A stretch of 64,000 nucleotides of DNA, taken from assembly GCA_964462595.1 (NCBI GenBank), contig CAYWXM010000014.1, forward strand, positions 7,341 to 71,340, given 5' to 3'. Numbering within the stretch: position 1 is the first letter of the stretch; each line of letters opens with the position of its first letter. This DNA is from an uncultured Actinomycetota bacterium (GTDB taxonomy: Bacteria > Actinomycetota > Geothermincolia > Geothermincolales > RBG-13-55-18). Positions 8,276-17,625 of the stretch are shown piece after piece. The position numbers and the translations under genes are program-made. Below the pieces are notes generated by a model that ran no database searches, was not told the origin of the DNA, and saw only the letters and a list, made by a program, of their open reading frames with translations.

Positions 8276-8794
8276 GTGGCCTTACCCCATACGTCGAGGC
8301 AGGTCTACCGCCCTTCGGTTCCCGCCGCTCCAGCCCTTGCGGTTAAGCGCTCGCTGGTTCGCGACCCGAAGCTCACCATTCGCTGGAGCGCAGTGGCCGT
8401 GGGGTCCGGCATAGCGCTTATCGTCTCCGCCGTGCTCCCCTGGATAGGTACCGGGCTCAATCCCTCCCGCGCACTTGCGGGGATCACCTTCCCGGAGGGT
8501 ATCACGGTGGCCGTGTTGACGGCCCTGGTGTGGGCGGCGGGAGCGCTGATGTTCCTCGACACAGGAAGGACCCGTACCTGGCTGAGGGCGACGCAATCGC
8601 TCTCCTTTTTGTCTTTCCTCGTGGTGCTGCTGTTCTTCGGCCTGAGGGTATTGGGGGGTGTGGGCTACGATAAGCTCGCGGGCGCGGATGCAGCCGCCAC
8701 GTTTGGTGGCGTGGGTTGGGGTTTCTGGCTGGCCCTGGTGTCGTCGCTCATCTCTTATGTGGCGTGCCGGGAAGTCGGAAGATACGTAGGCTGA
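8276..8794 (+). CDS. Hypothetical membrane protein (4-5 TM)
   Basis: Hydrophobic runs WSAVAVGSGIALIVSAVLPWI, ITVAVLTALVWAAGALMFL, LSFLSFLVVLLFFGL and WGFWLALVSSLISYV. Start codon uncertain. Confidence 0.5.
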   Translation: MALPHTSRQVYRPSVPAAPALAVKRSLVRDPKLTIRWSAVAVGSGIALIVSAVLPWIGTGLNPSRALAGITFPEGITVAVLTALVWAAGALMFLDTGRTRTWLRATQSLSFLSFLVVLLFFGLRVLGGVGYDKLAGADAAATFGGVGWGFWLALVSSLISYVACREVGRYVG

Positions 8795-8805
8795 GACGCG
8801 GCCGA

Positions 8806-10149
8806 TCAGCCCGCCTGGAGGCGCCTCCTCGCTTTTTCGACCCTGCTTCGCCATTCCCCGAGCCGCGCCGGATCGTATCGCTCGGGATAGTCCTCGTACA
8901 GTTTCTTCAGGGTGATGGCCGCACTGGCCAGCCAGGCGAAGCGCGCGGTGAATACGGGATGCCGCAGGCTGCGCAGGCGGCGCAGGGCGTCCTTTAGATC
9001 AATGCCCAGCGGCTCTGCCCTGAGCCCGGCCTCGACGTCTCCAGGGGTCATGACGAAGCCCACCAGCTTTTCCATGTCCTCCTGGCCGAAGTTGTCCGTA
9101 AGCCCTCGGGTGACGTCGAAGTAGGCCATGAGGGCGCCCCGGCCGCGCTGGTAAGCGGCGGCGTATTCCCACAGGTTCTCGCGGCTGGTGTCGTTTTCCC
9201 GCAGGCAGCGGCAGATGGTGCGGGCGGCCAGGTCGCCGGCGATGAGCGACGACGCCACCCCGGAGCCGTGGGCGGGTATGACCATGCAGGCGGAATCCCC
9301 GGCGAGCGCGAATCCGTGGTCGACCAGGATGTCTAAGGAACGGCGCACGGGTATGAGTCCGCCACCCCCGTAAACCGTCTCGCCGCCTATCCTCTTGTCG
9401 GCCAGGAAGTCTGCGACGAAAGTCCCCGCCGATTCGTCGGCCTCCGCCTTGTTGAACCCGACCAGGATGTCCAGTTCGCTCTCCCGGGGGTCCCAATGGA
9501 GCATGAGCACGGAATAGCCGCCGCGCCACCCCACGCGGGAGACGCTGACTCCGGGCGGTATGCCCAGTACGGAAAGCACGTCGGGCGCTTCGCCGGGGCT
9601 GAAACGGCGCTGTTCCCGCCAGGCTGTGACCATGCACGAGTCCTCGATGTCGCGCGGCACCGGCGAATCCCCCGGGAGTCCGTGGCGCAGGACGGCCTGC
9701 CACCCCGAGGCGTCGATCACCACCCGTGCCGGTATCTCCTCTCCCGAGGTGGTGAACACCCCGGCTACGCGGCCCTTTTCCAGGAGCGGCCCGGCCGCCG
9801 CTACACCGTCCCTGAACTCCGCTCCGGCCGCGGTAGCCTGCGAGAGGAGGCGGCGCGTGAATACGCTCATGCGCACCTCCATGGTGGGCGTCGAGGTGGT
9901 CTCTATATGGTATTTGCCGGAGGGCGAGACGAGGCGCGAGCTGAGTGGCGAGACCATGGTCTCCTCGCCTGTGGGCACGGGGATGCCCAGGCGGTCGAAG
10001 ACCGTCCTCTCCACCCCGTTTACCCAGGTATGGCCGAGGCTGTCCACGGGCTGGCGGTCGAGCAAGAGCACTTTGAAACCCTGCCGCGCCGTGCGCTCCG
10101 CGGCCACGCAGCCCGCGCACCCCGCTCCCACCACGACGAGGTCATACAT
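8806..10149 (-). CDS. FAD-dependent oxidoreductase (geranylgeranyl-reductase-like)
   Basis: N-terminal dinucleotide fold MYDLVVVGAGCAGCVAAERTARQGFKVLLLDR, then later VVIDASG. Confidence 0.85.
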   Translation of the reverse strand: MYDLVVVGAGCAGCVAAERTARQGFKVLLLDRQPVDSLGHTWVNGVERTVFDRLGIPVPTGEETMVSPLSSRLVSPSGKYHIETTSTPTMEVRMSVFTRRLLSQATAAGAEFRDGVAAAGPLLEKGRVAGVFTTSGEEIPARVVIDASGWQAVLRHGLPGDSPVPRDIEDSCMVTAWREQRRFSPGEAPDVLSVLGIPPGVSVSRVGWRGGYSVLMLHWDPRESELDILVGFNKAEADESAGTFVADFLADKRIGGETVYGGGGLIPVRRSLDILVDHGFALAGDSACMVIPAHGSGVASSLIAGDLAARTICRCLRENDTSRENLWEYAAAYQRGRGALMAYFDVTRGLTDNFGQEDMEKLVGFVMTPGDVEAGLRAEPLGIDLKDALRRLRSLRHPVFTARFAWLASAAITLKKLYEDYPERYDPARLGEWRSRVEKARRRLQAG

Positions 10150-10194
10150 CTATCCACCTCCCGATCAAGACAACGGCTCGCGATGCCGTAGATA

Positions 10195-11055
10195 TCATAG
10201 TCCCCCTTGAGATAACAGCCATTCGACGTATTCGCGCAAGGGCTCCAGGTAATGCCGGGCGGGGGGGAAGCCCTGCAGGCGCAGGTTCATGTTGTCCAGG
10301 GGCGAGTAGGGTGGGCGTGGGCAGGGCAGGTCGAGGTCCGCATAGACGATGGGCTCCACGGGAACGTCCTGCATGCCCGCGATATCGATGATCTGGCGCG
10401 CGAACTCGTGGCGGGAGCAGACCCCGCTGTTGGTGGCATGGTACAATCCGTATTTGCCCGAGAGGCAGACCCGGTAGATGATCCCGGCCAGGTCGCCGGC
10501 ATAGGTGGGTGTGCCTACCTCGTCCGTTACCACGCGCAGGCTCCCCTTCTCCCTGGCGTTACGGAGGATGCTTTTCACGAAATTGCGCGTGCCCCCCCTG
10601 CCGAAAAGCCACTGGGTGCGGAACACGTACCAGTGGGGGAGCAGGGAGGCGAGATAGCGCTCGGAGGCCAGTTTGGCGCGGCCATAGACGCCCTGGGGAT
10701 TGGGCTCGTCGAACTCGTTGTACGCGCCCCCTTTCCTGCCGTCGAAGACGTAATCGGAGCTGATGAAAGCCATGGCGCATCCCGCTTCCTGGCAGGCCAG
10801 GGCCAGGTTCTGGACGCCGGTGAAATTCACCCGCAGCGAGGGCTCGGGGTCCAGTTCCGCCCCGTCCGTGTTGAGGTCGGCGGCGGTATTTATGAGCAGG
10901 TCGGGTGCGAGGGCCGGGACCCGCTCCATGACCAGGGAATGGTCGGTTATATCCAGGTCGAGGTCGAAACCGAAGACCTCGTCTCCTTGCGACCGGAAGA
11001 TATCGACCAGTTCCACGCCCAGCTGTCCGGCGCCGCCGCAGATGATCACCCGCAT
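10195..11055 (-). CDS. rfbD: dTDP-4-dehydrorhamnose reductase
   Basis: MRVIICGGAGQLGVELV ... LINTAA ... SSDYVFDG ... PNPQGVYGRAKLASE (YxxxK). Typical RmlD length of 286 aa. Confidence 0.88.
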   Translation of the reverse strand: MRVIICGGAGQLGVELVDIFRSQGDEVFGFDLDLDITDHSLVMERVPALAPDLLINTAADLNTDGAELDPEPSLRVNFTGVQNLALACQEAGCAMAFISSDYVFDGRKGGAYNEFDEPNPQGVYGRAKLASERYLASLLPHWYVFRTQWLFGRGGTRNFVKSILRNAREKGSLRVVTDEVGTPTYAGDLAGIIYRVCLSGKYGLYHATNSGVCSRHEFARQIIDIAGMQDVPVEPIVYADLDLPCPRPPYSPLDNMNLRLQGFPPARHYLEPLREYVEWLLSQGGL

Positions 11056-11307
11056 CCTTTTCCTCCTGCCTCAATACGATCCACCCTATAGACATTAGAA
11101 ACTTAACACGAAAGCGAATACATGCGCCAATACGAAGCGGATCGCCCGTTTTGCCGCCTGGGCCGGGGCCGGCGGAGCGGGGACAGGGCCCGCATCCCGT
11201 ATCCGCGGCTGCGGGCAAAGCGATGCCCCTTCATGACCGGAGATGAAAGGTATGGAAACCTTGCCATGGGGGGCTCGCTCCATTAACCTTTACTAAGGTG
11301 ATGATCA

Positions 11308-11769
11308 ATGGACGAACAATATGCCGAAGCCCTGGACGGAGTGCAGGTTAAAGCGCTGGCCCGTTTCTGTGACGAGCGGGGGTGCCTGCTGGAGGTGCTG
11401 CGCGACGACGACGGCCTCCTGGAGCGTTTCGGGCAGACCACCTATACCATCGCCTACCCGGGGGTGATAAAGGCCTTTCACTGGCACCGCAAGCAGTATG
11501 ACCTGTGGTTCATGGCCATGGGCGAGGCGCGGGTCGTGCTCCACGACCTCAGGGAGGATTCCCCCACCTACCGGCGTACCCAGGTTATCTACGCGGGCGA
11601 GCACATGCCGTTGCTCATCGTCATACCACCCGGGGTGGCCCATGGTTACCAGGTGCTGGGAAACACCCCGGCGGGTCTTTTCTACCACACGACCAGGAGT
11701 TACGACGTAAGCGATCCCGACGAGGAGCGCATCCCCCACGACGACCCCGGCATAGGCTTTCCCTGGTAG
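11308..11769 (+). CDS. dTDP-4-dehydrorhamnose 3,5-epimerase-like cupin (short form)
   Basis: FCDERGCLLEVLR ... IKAFHWHRKQYDLWFMAMGEARVVLHDLR ... IPPGVAHGYQVLG. Divergent from rfbD. Confidence 0.78.
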   Translation: MDEQYAEALDGVQVKALARFCDERGCLLEVLRDDDGLLERFGQTTYTIAYPGVIKAFHWHRKQYDLWFMAMGEARVVLHDLREDSPTYRRTQVIYAGEHMPLLIVIPPGVAHGYQVLGNTPAGLFYHTTRSYDVSDPDEERIPHDDPGIGFPW

Positions 11770-11975
11770 GATATCGGCGGGGGGTCATTCCAGCCCTCCA
11801 TTTTCCACACCGAGTGTCAGGCCTCCACGCTATTTACCTCGATTCCCTCCTATCGGATGGCAGGCTAATCCTCCATACGGGAAGGGGAAGGAGAGGTGAA
11901 CTTCCTCACCCGTACCCGCGGAAGCAAGGTCATCCGTTGAGGGGTGACCTTATGTGGATAATGGAGACCCCAATT

Positions 11976-12002
11976 GGAAGGGGCCCCCTGTGGGCCCCTT
12001 CC
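11976..12002. terminator. Strong GC hairpin between convergent genes
   Basis: GGAAGGGGCCC-cctgt-GGGCCCCTTCC, an 11-bp perfect stem. No clear U-run on either strand. Confidence 0.45.
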
Positions 12003-12030
12003 AAAGCGGTGTGACGTTATCGTTCAGTGC

Positions 12031-13800
12031 TTATTCCTGGTAGCGCCGGCGCAGGCCGAAGGCCAGGAAGACCAGGCCCGCGAGTAGCATTATCGCCGCC
12101 GCGATGAGCAGCGGCAGCTGGTCCATACCGGTAGCGGGAAGCGTTGTGGACGAGGGTGGTGTAATTATCTCGCCTCCCACCTCGACCTCCACGTTGAGGA
12201 AGTCCACGATCTCTTCTCCGCCCGGGGGAAGCGTGACGTCCACGCTGTCCGGTGAGATGGCCTTCATCTTCGTGGAATCGTAGACCTCGGTCACTTCGTA
12301 ATCGCCCGCCTCGAGCAGGAGAAAAGCGTAGCTCCCATCCTCCGCGGTAATGGCCTCCATGCTCACCAGTGCCCCGCCAATGGTCTTACCGGTAAGCTTG
12401 ATGGTCATGCCCGCCTTGGGCTTGTCCTTCTCGGGGCCGAGCAGGGTATCGCCGTCGTCGAGCCACTTGTTGCCGACGATGCTGCCGTAGAGCGAGTTGG
12501 CGAAGATCACGGACGCGCTCTCACCCGGGTTCAAGACCACCGGTACCTCGATCGGCCGCGTGGCGTAATAACCGGACGGCACCGTCTCCGAGACGGTGTA
12601 CTCACCGGGCAGGAGGTTCCTGAAGATAAAGGTGCCATCCTCGCCAGTTGTGGTGATGGCCAGGGCGTTTTTCCCCTCCAGGGTGATCTCCACGCCCTCC
12701 AGGGTGGGCTCGCCCGCATCGAGGGAGCCGTCACCGTCGAGGTCGAGGAATTTCAATCCCTCGATGCGCCCGTAGGGGCAGTTGCCGAAATCCACTATGG
12801 CGCCTTCCCCGGCAGAGAGGGCCACGTCGACGCTGTCCGGGGTGCAGGAGAAGTATCCTTCCTTGCCCTCCTCGGTCACGGTATATGTGCCGGGCTCGAG
12901 CTTGGTGAACTCGTAGTATCCGTCGCTGCCGGTTACCGTGGAAGCTATGAGTTCCCCGGCGGGACTGCCCTCGTAGAGGTTGATGGTGATGCCCTCTATG
13001 ACCACCGTCTCTTCCTCTCCCCATATACCGTCGTAGTTGGCGTCCAGCCATTTCTTCCCGGAGACGGATCCGTAAGGAGCCTCGGAGAAGTACACGGTTA
13101 CCGTCCGGGCGCAGGTGACGTCCACCTCTATGGAGACGGGGCTGACGGGATAGTAATCGGGGGCCGTGGATTCGTCCACGCTCAGCGTGTATTTACCGGG
13201 CAGGAGCTGGTCGAAGGAGAAGTAACCCCCGTCGTCCGTCACCGTGACCCGGGGCGCGCCCAGACCGGGATCGGGGTCGAGGATGATGGTCACTCCAGCC
13301 AGCCCCTCGTCCTCGCCGTCCATGACGCCGTTCCCGTCCTTGTCCCAGTACTTCCAGCCCTCGATGGCCCCGTAGCGGGCGTTGAGGAAGTCCAGGTCCT
13401 CGATGCTCTCGCACTCCAGGACCACCGGCTCGTATATGCCGCCCTCGGGGCTGACCACGTACCATTCCTCCAGCAGCTCCGGCGTGAGCACCTCCAGCAC
13501 CTTGTAGGTGCCGGGAAGCAGCTCGTCGAACTCGTAGTAGCCGGATCCGTCGGTAAGCGTGGATTCCACGTACACGTACTCGCTGCCGTCCTCGTCCCAT
13601 ACGAAGAGCTGTATCTCGACACCCGGCACGCCGGGGTCTTCCGCGCCGATCTCTCCATCGCAGTCAGCGTCCTCGTACTTGTGGCCGGATTCAGATGCAT
13701 ATTTCAGCAATACAAGCGATGAATCCTTGCTATTTGAAATGAGAAATCCGGGTATATAAAAAGGGTTCTCAGGCCCGGATTTATCAGCCCGGCTTCGCAA
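12031..13800 (-). CDS. LPXTG-anchored surface protein with five SdrD/Cna-B-like repeats; N-terminus apparently truncated
   Basis: Repeats start DADCDGEIGAEDPGVPGVEIQLF, DKDGNGVMDGEDEGLAGVTIILD, DANYDGIWGEEETVVIEGITINLY, DLDGDGSLDAGEPTLEGVEITLEG and DDGDTLLGPEKDKPKAGMTIKLTG. C-terminal sorting signal LPATG plus hydrophobic stretch plus RRRYQE. The ORF opens at TTG with no signal peptide. Confidence 0.75.
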   Translation of the reverse strand: MRSRADKSGPENPFYIPGFLISNSKDSSLVLLKYASESGHKYEDADCDGEIGAEDPGVPGVEIQLFVWDEDGSEYVYVESTLTDGSGYYEFDELLPGTYKVLEVLTPELLEEWYVVSPEGGIYEPVVLECESIEDLDFLNARYGAIEGWKYWDKDGNGVMDGEDEGLAGVTIILDPDPGLGAPRVTVTDDGGYFSFDQLLPGKYTLSVDESTAPDYYPVSPVSIEVDVTCARTVTVYFSEAPYGSVSGKKWLDANYDGIWGEEETVVIEGITINLYEGSPAGELIASTVTGSDGYYEFTKLEPGTYTVTEEGKEGYFSCTPDSVDVALSAGEGAIVDFGNCPYGRIEGLKFLDLDGDGSLDAGEPTLEGVEITLEGKNALAITTTGEDGTFIFRNLLPGEYTVSETVPSGYYATRPIEVPVVLNPGESASVIFANSLYGSIVGNKWLDDGDTLLGPEKDKPKAGMTIKLTGKTIGGALVSMEAITAEDGSYAFLLLEAGDYEVTEVYDSTKMKAISPDSVDVTLPPGGEEIVDFLNVEVEVGGEIITPPSSTTLPATGMDQLPLLIAAAIMLLAGLVFLAFGLRRRYQE

Positions 13801-13996
13801 GATGAGGCGTATAGACGTGATGTTTGATCTTGGTAATAGATAGTTGGCCTGGATAAATCCTGGTCCCGATCGCCTGCGCGCCGCTTCTATTCAGATCCGG
13901 GTTTCGGGCAATGGGGATTCTAATTGAGCTGGATCATTGTTTACCTCGGAGGGTAAGTAATATATTATGATGTACTGTTGTTTATAGGAGGTAAAG

Positions 13997-14200
13997 ATGC
14001 CGATATTCGAGTATCGATGCGAGGAGTGCGGCCACCGCTTCGACGCATTTTTCAGACGTGCGGGCGATGCCGATGAGGAGAAGCTGTTGTGCGAGAATTG
14101 CGGCTCGGACAGGGTGCGCAAGTTGTTTTCCGTCATCGGTATTGGTGGCGGTTCCTCGGACAGGGGAAGCAGTATAAGTAGTTGCACCACATCGACGTGA
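13997..14200 (+). CDS. FmdB-family zinc-ribbon protein
   Basis: MPIFEYRCEECGHRFD...LLCENCGS (CxxC...CxxC). RBS TAGGAGGTAAAG before the ATG. Confidence 0.85.
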   Translation: MPIFEYRCEECGHRFDAFFRRAGDADEEKLLCENCGSDRVRKLFSVIGIGGGSSDRGSSISSCTTST

Positions 14201-14586
14201 AGCCCCTGGTAAAGGTCCGGTCCGGACCGGGAGCATAATAAAGTGGAATGGTTGATCCCCGTAATCATCTTCGCGGTATGGCTCATATTGAGCGGGTTGA
14301 TCCTGCCGCGGCTGGGAGTGCCCACCTGAATCTCCGGCGCATGCCGCGTGCGGCACGAGGAGGAAGAGGGGGGCGACACCAGCGAAACCGGGTCATAGCC
14401 AGCCTGTAGCCGGGATTTACCCGCGCCCCGTATCGCCGCCCGCCTGATCGGTCATCGATTCAGTTATTGCTCTCCAGCATAGTCGATTCATCCCCCGATG
14501 GAGGCTTCGCTGTTTAATCCGCTGCCGTGCAGGGCGCCGTCCACGGAGGGCATGTTCGTTTGATCTATGCTCTCCGGCATCATCTT

Positions 14587-15915
14587 TCAGCCCCTGAGGG
14601 CGGCCTCGGCGGCGTCGATGCCCGAGCGCAGGGCGCCGTCCACGGAGGGCATGTTCATGTACTCTCCGGCCAGGAACAAGCCCTTCACGTCGCGGTAATG
14701 GTCGCGCTTTATTTTGTATATCTCCCTGAGCATCCCCGGGGGGGAGAGGCACACCGCTTCGTCCCAGCGGTAGATCTCCGAGAAAAGGGGCTCTTCGGGC
14801 ATGGACGGGATGAAGCGTTTTATCTCGCCCTTGAGGCGGGAGAAGACGTCCGCGTCCGGCATGGCGTTGAGCTCGAAGGCGTGCTTGCCGAAGGTGAAGC
14901 AATGCACGATTCCGCCTCCCGGTGGAGTGTAGAAGGGTGATTTTATGGTGTTGTCCGTGAAGCCGGCCATGGACGTCCCCGCTTTACGCGGCAGGCCCAC
15001 CGCGTACCATCCCTCCGGCAGCAGGTGCTCCTCCAGGCCGAACATGGCGTGGCAGCAGGCGCTGTAGGTAACTTTTTCCATGGGCTTGCGCATCCCTTCG
15101 GGCAGTCCGGGTATGAGTTCGAGGGCCCTGGTGGCAGTGGTGGTGCAGATCACCGCGTCGGCTTCCATGAGGCCGTCCGCGGTCTCCACCCCCTTCACCG
15201 CGTTATCTTCGATGACGACCCGCTTTACCGGCATCGAGAGGCGCACGTGGCCCGCGCACTCCTCGTACAGGCGTTCGGCCAGGGAGCCTATGCCGCGTTT
15301 CAGGGTGAAGAGGCCGTTGAGCGCGTACCACAGCAGGGTGAGGCCATAGCCGGCCCCCACGTCCTCCGGTTCCCCCAGGGTGAGGCAGGAGGCAACGGGC
15401 TGAAAGAGGTACTCGAGCAGGTCCTCGCCTCCCCGGCGCAGGGCGAGTGCGGCGAAGCTGTCGTCGTCGAGGTCGAGCATGTTCCCGTAGTCTATGAAGT
15501 GGAGGTCGCGGCGGCGCTTGAGGATCAAGGGCATGATGCGCGCGAACTGCAGCATCCCCTTGAGCGACAGTCCGCGGAAGCGCAGGAGGTCGCGGCGGCT
15601 TTTCCACAGTGCGCGCGGATCGAAGCTCGCGATGGCGGGATACAGCTCTCCGTTCCTGGCGATGGCCACCTTGAAAGGGAAGGCGACGATATCATCGCCC
15701 AGGCCCAGCTCGCGGCAGAGCCCGAATGTGGTGTCGTAGAACTTGAAGAAGAACTGCGCGCCCAGGTCCATGGTATAGCCGTCCCTGCGCGCCCCGATGA
15801 TGCGTCCCCCTGCCAGTTCACCGGCTTCCAGGGCCACGACATCCGCTTCCCTCTTGCGCAGGGTATGGACGGCCGCAAGGCCGGATGTTCCTGCTCCAAC
15901 CACGATGATCTTCAT
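14587..15915 (-). CDS. NAD(P)/FAD-dependent oxidoreductase (protoporphyrinogen/phytoene-desaturase-like amine oxidase fold)
   Basis: MKIIVVGAGTSGLAAVHTLRKREADVVALEAGELAGGR ... C-terminal GLFLAGEYMNMPSVDGALRSG. Confidence 0.85.
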   Translation of the reverse strand: MKIIVVGAGTSGLAAVHTLRKREADVVALEAGELAGGRIIGARRDGYTMDLGAQFFFKFYDTTFGLCRELGLGDDIVAFPFKVAIARNGELYPAIASFDPRALWKSRRDLLRFRGLSLKGMLQFARIMPLILKRRRDLHFIDYGNMLDLDDDSFAALALRRGGEDLLEYLFQPVASCLTLGEPEDVGAGYGLTLLWYALNGLFTLKRGIGSLAERLYEECAGHVRLSMPVKRVVIEDNAVKGVETADGLMEADAVICTTTATRALELIPGLPEGMRKPMEKVTYSACCHAMFGLEEHLLPEGWYAVGLPRKAGTSMAGFTDNTIKSPFYTPPGGGIVHCFTFGKHAFELNAMPDADVFSRLKGEIKRFIPSMPEEPLFSEIYRWDEAVCLSPPGMLREIYKIKRDHYRDVKGLFLAGEYMNMPSVDGALRSGIDAAEAALRG

Positions 15916-16123
15916 AACGTCCCTCCGTATATTTTTTCTCCCTATGTTCGGGCCAGAATATTATAGCAGGGCGCCGTGGAGCGGGATGAACGCATGTGTC
16001 GGGGAGGTATGAGCGGCGGTGTCGGAAGCATGGAGTGTGTCCTGGCGGAGCGTAAGGGCATCGCTTAATATACGGGGGCGCGGGGAAGAATAATGCGTGA
16101 GAACCGGGCCTGGAAAAAGGAGG

Positions 16124-16294
16124 ATGAGAGTGGCCCTGGGATTCATCTTCATGTTCAGGCCGGGCCTGGGGATCTGGACCGTCATCCTCTTCATCGGCAT
16201 CTACTCCATCTTCGTGGGCATCATACGCATCATCCTGTCCCTCATGATCAGGAGCTGGTGGAAGCAGCAGCCTCCAGCGGAAGCCGCGGCCTGA
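16124..16294 (+). CDS. Small DUF308/HdeD-like fragment (two TM)
   Basis: ALGFIFMFRPGLGIWTVILFIGIYSIFVGIIRIILSLMIRSWW resembles the last repeat of the adjacent HdeD protein. AAAGGAGG upstream. Exact start uncertain (ATG 16124 or GTG 16130). Confidence 0.4.
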   Translation: MRVALGFIFMFRPGLGIWTVILFIGIYSIFVGIIRIILSLMIRSWWKQQPPAEAAA

Positions 16295-16348
16295 CAGTAT
16301 ATGCTCTGAAGGAACGCCCGGGCGTTCAGGGCTTCCGTGCGCCCACGC

Positions 16349-16927
16349 TCAGTCCTCGACTACCACCACTTCTTTGGAGCCGCCGGCCTTGAAGTAGCTG
16401 CGCAGCATGAAGCTGACCACCACGTCGATGAGGCCCATGAAGATGATATACAGACCGAAAAAGAAGACCATCAGCTTGAGGGTGGGCGCGGTGAAGAGCA
16501 GCAGGCACAACGCTACTATGATGGAGATGATCCCCTCGATGACCACCAGCCAGCGGTACTTGAACTCGGGGTCCATCGCGGTGCCCAGGGCCATCTGGAT
16601 GGCACCGGAGGCCAGCAGCCAGGCCACCAGCAGCATGAAGAAGACCGCCGCGGTCACCTCCGTGCGGGCGATGCTCAGGATGCCCAGAAAGATGCTGACC
16701 AGGGCGATCCCCAGGGAGAATCCCCATTTCTCCTTGCGCGACACCTCCACGAAGAAGGCGATGGCGAAGATGATCCCGATCAGCAGTGCGAAGATGCCGA
16801 AGATGACCAGCAGCGCATCGATGGTGTCGCGAGGCCAGACCAGCAAGATGATGCCAAAAACCACACCCAGAACCCCTTTGATCAGTAATGATACCCAGTT
16901 GCGCACTATGAAAGAGCCTTCCATCAC
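16349..16927 (-). CDS. HdeD/DUF308 family membrane protein
   Basis: Six hydrophobic helices with the repeated pattern GVLGVVFGIILLVWP / LLVIFGIFALLIGII / LGIALVSIFLGILSI / VVIEGIISIIVALCLL / FFGLYIIFMGLIDVV. Confidence 0.85.
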   Translation of the reverse strand: MMEGSFIVRNWVSLLIKGVLGVVFGIILLVWPRDTIDALLVIFGIFALLIGIIFAIAFFVEVSRKEKWGFSLGIALVSIFLGILSIARTEVTAAVFFMLLVAWLLASGAIQMALGTAMDPEFKYRWLVVIEGIISIIVALCLLLFTAPTLKLMVFFFGLYIIFMGLIDVVVSFMLRSYFKAGGSKEVVVVED

Positions 16928-17072
16928 ACATACCTCCCTTTACGCACTCCGCCCCTTCAGGTTGAGCTGTGATCGCTCTGAAAAGCCAGTTTGAGCCGCT
17001 CAAATCCTCTTGTGTGAGTTATCTTCTATTTATCTGGCCGTAATCCTTCCTGCAGGGTCGAAGAACACGGAA

Positions 17073-17095
17073 CACCGCCGTCCCGCATGGCGGTG
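17073..17095 (-). terminator. Hairpin downstream of the 94-aa membrane gene
   Basis: CACCGCC-9 nt-GGCGGTG, followed on the minus strand by TTCCGTGTTCTT. Confidence 0.4.
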
Positions 17096-17102
17096 CCCGG
17101 CT

Positions 17103-17387
17103 TCAAGCCGCGGCCTGTCTTTTCTTGCTGGCTCCGCCGCTGCTGTAGGAGGCGATGTCGAGCAGCACTCCCAGGATTACCCACAGCCAGCGCCAGCCGA
17201 AGACACCGACGCCGGGCAGGTAGGCGAGGGCATACATCAGGGTGGTATAAGGGAGCAGTATCAGGCCCAGCAGCGGCCACCAGAAAGAGGAGAAGGCCCG
17301 GCTGACGTAGGGGGTGAATATCCACAAGATAAGCAGGGCAAGTCGCGGGGCGAATACCGCCACGAAGGCGGCGACGCAACAGCACAT
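17103..17387 (-). CDS. Small membrane protein (94 aa), unknown function
   Basis: Three hydrophobic helices: CCVAAFVAVFAPRLALLILWIF, WWPLLGLILLPYTTLMYALAYL and WLWVILGVLLDIA. GGAAGGAG RBS before ATG 17385-17387. Confidence 0.65.
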   Translation of the reverse strand: MCCCVAAFVAVFAPRLALLILWIFTPYVSRAFSSFWWPLLGLILLPYTTLMYALAYLPGVGVFGWRWLWVILGVLLDIASYSSGGASKKRQAAA

Positions 17388-17625
17388 GGCGATAACTCCT
17401 TCCAGCCGCGGCCGGATATCTCAAGACACAGGCATCGCGGCTCCCCTTCCGCAGCACCTTCGCCATTATTCCCCACCGGCAGTGAGTTGAAACGGAAATC
17501 CCCGCGCAGGCGAGTTCCCGTATCCGGCTGCGCCGGCCGCCCTAGGGATTGTCCCTGGCCGCGGCAGGGGCCGCGTTTGCCTGTCGGTCTCCGCGATCGG
17601 TGCCGTCACCGGGAAGGTGACGGCC

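Noticed and set aside
8999-10191. Several 216-373-aa ORFs on both strands over the FAD oxidoreductase gene
   Set aside because: Arg/Gly/Pro-rich alternative frames. Only the 8806..10149 frame has the GxGxxG dinucleotide fold.
17388-17625. Possible fluoride (crcB-type) riboswitch upstream of the 94-aa membrane gene
   Set aside because: GGCGAAGGTGCTGC...GATGCCTG only superficially resembles the crcB motif. The pseudoknot partners do not fit, and the downstream protein does not look like CrcB.
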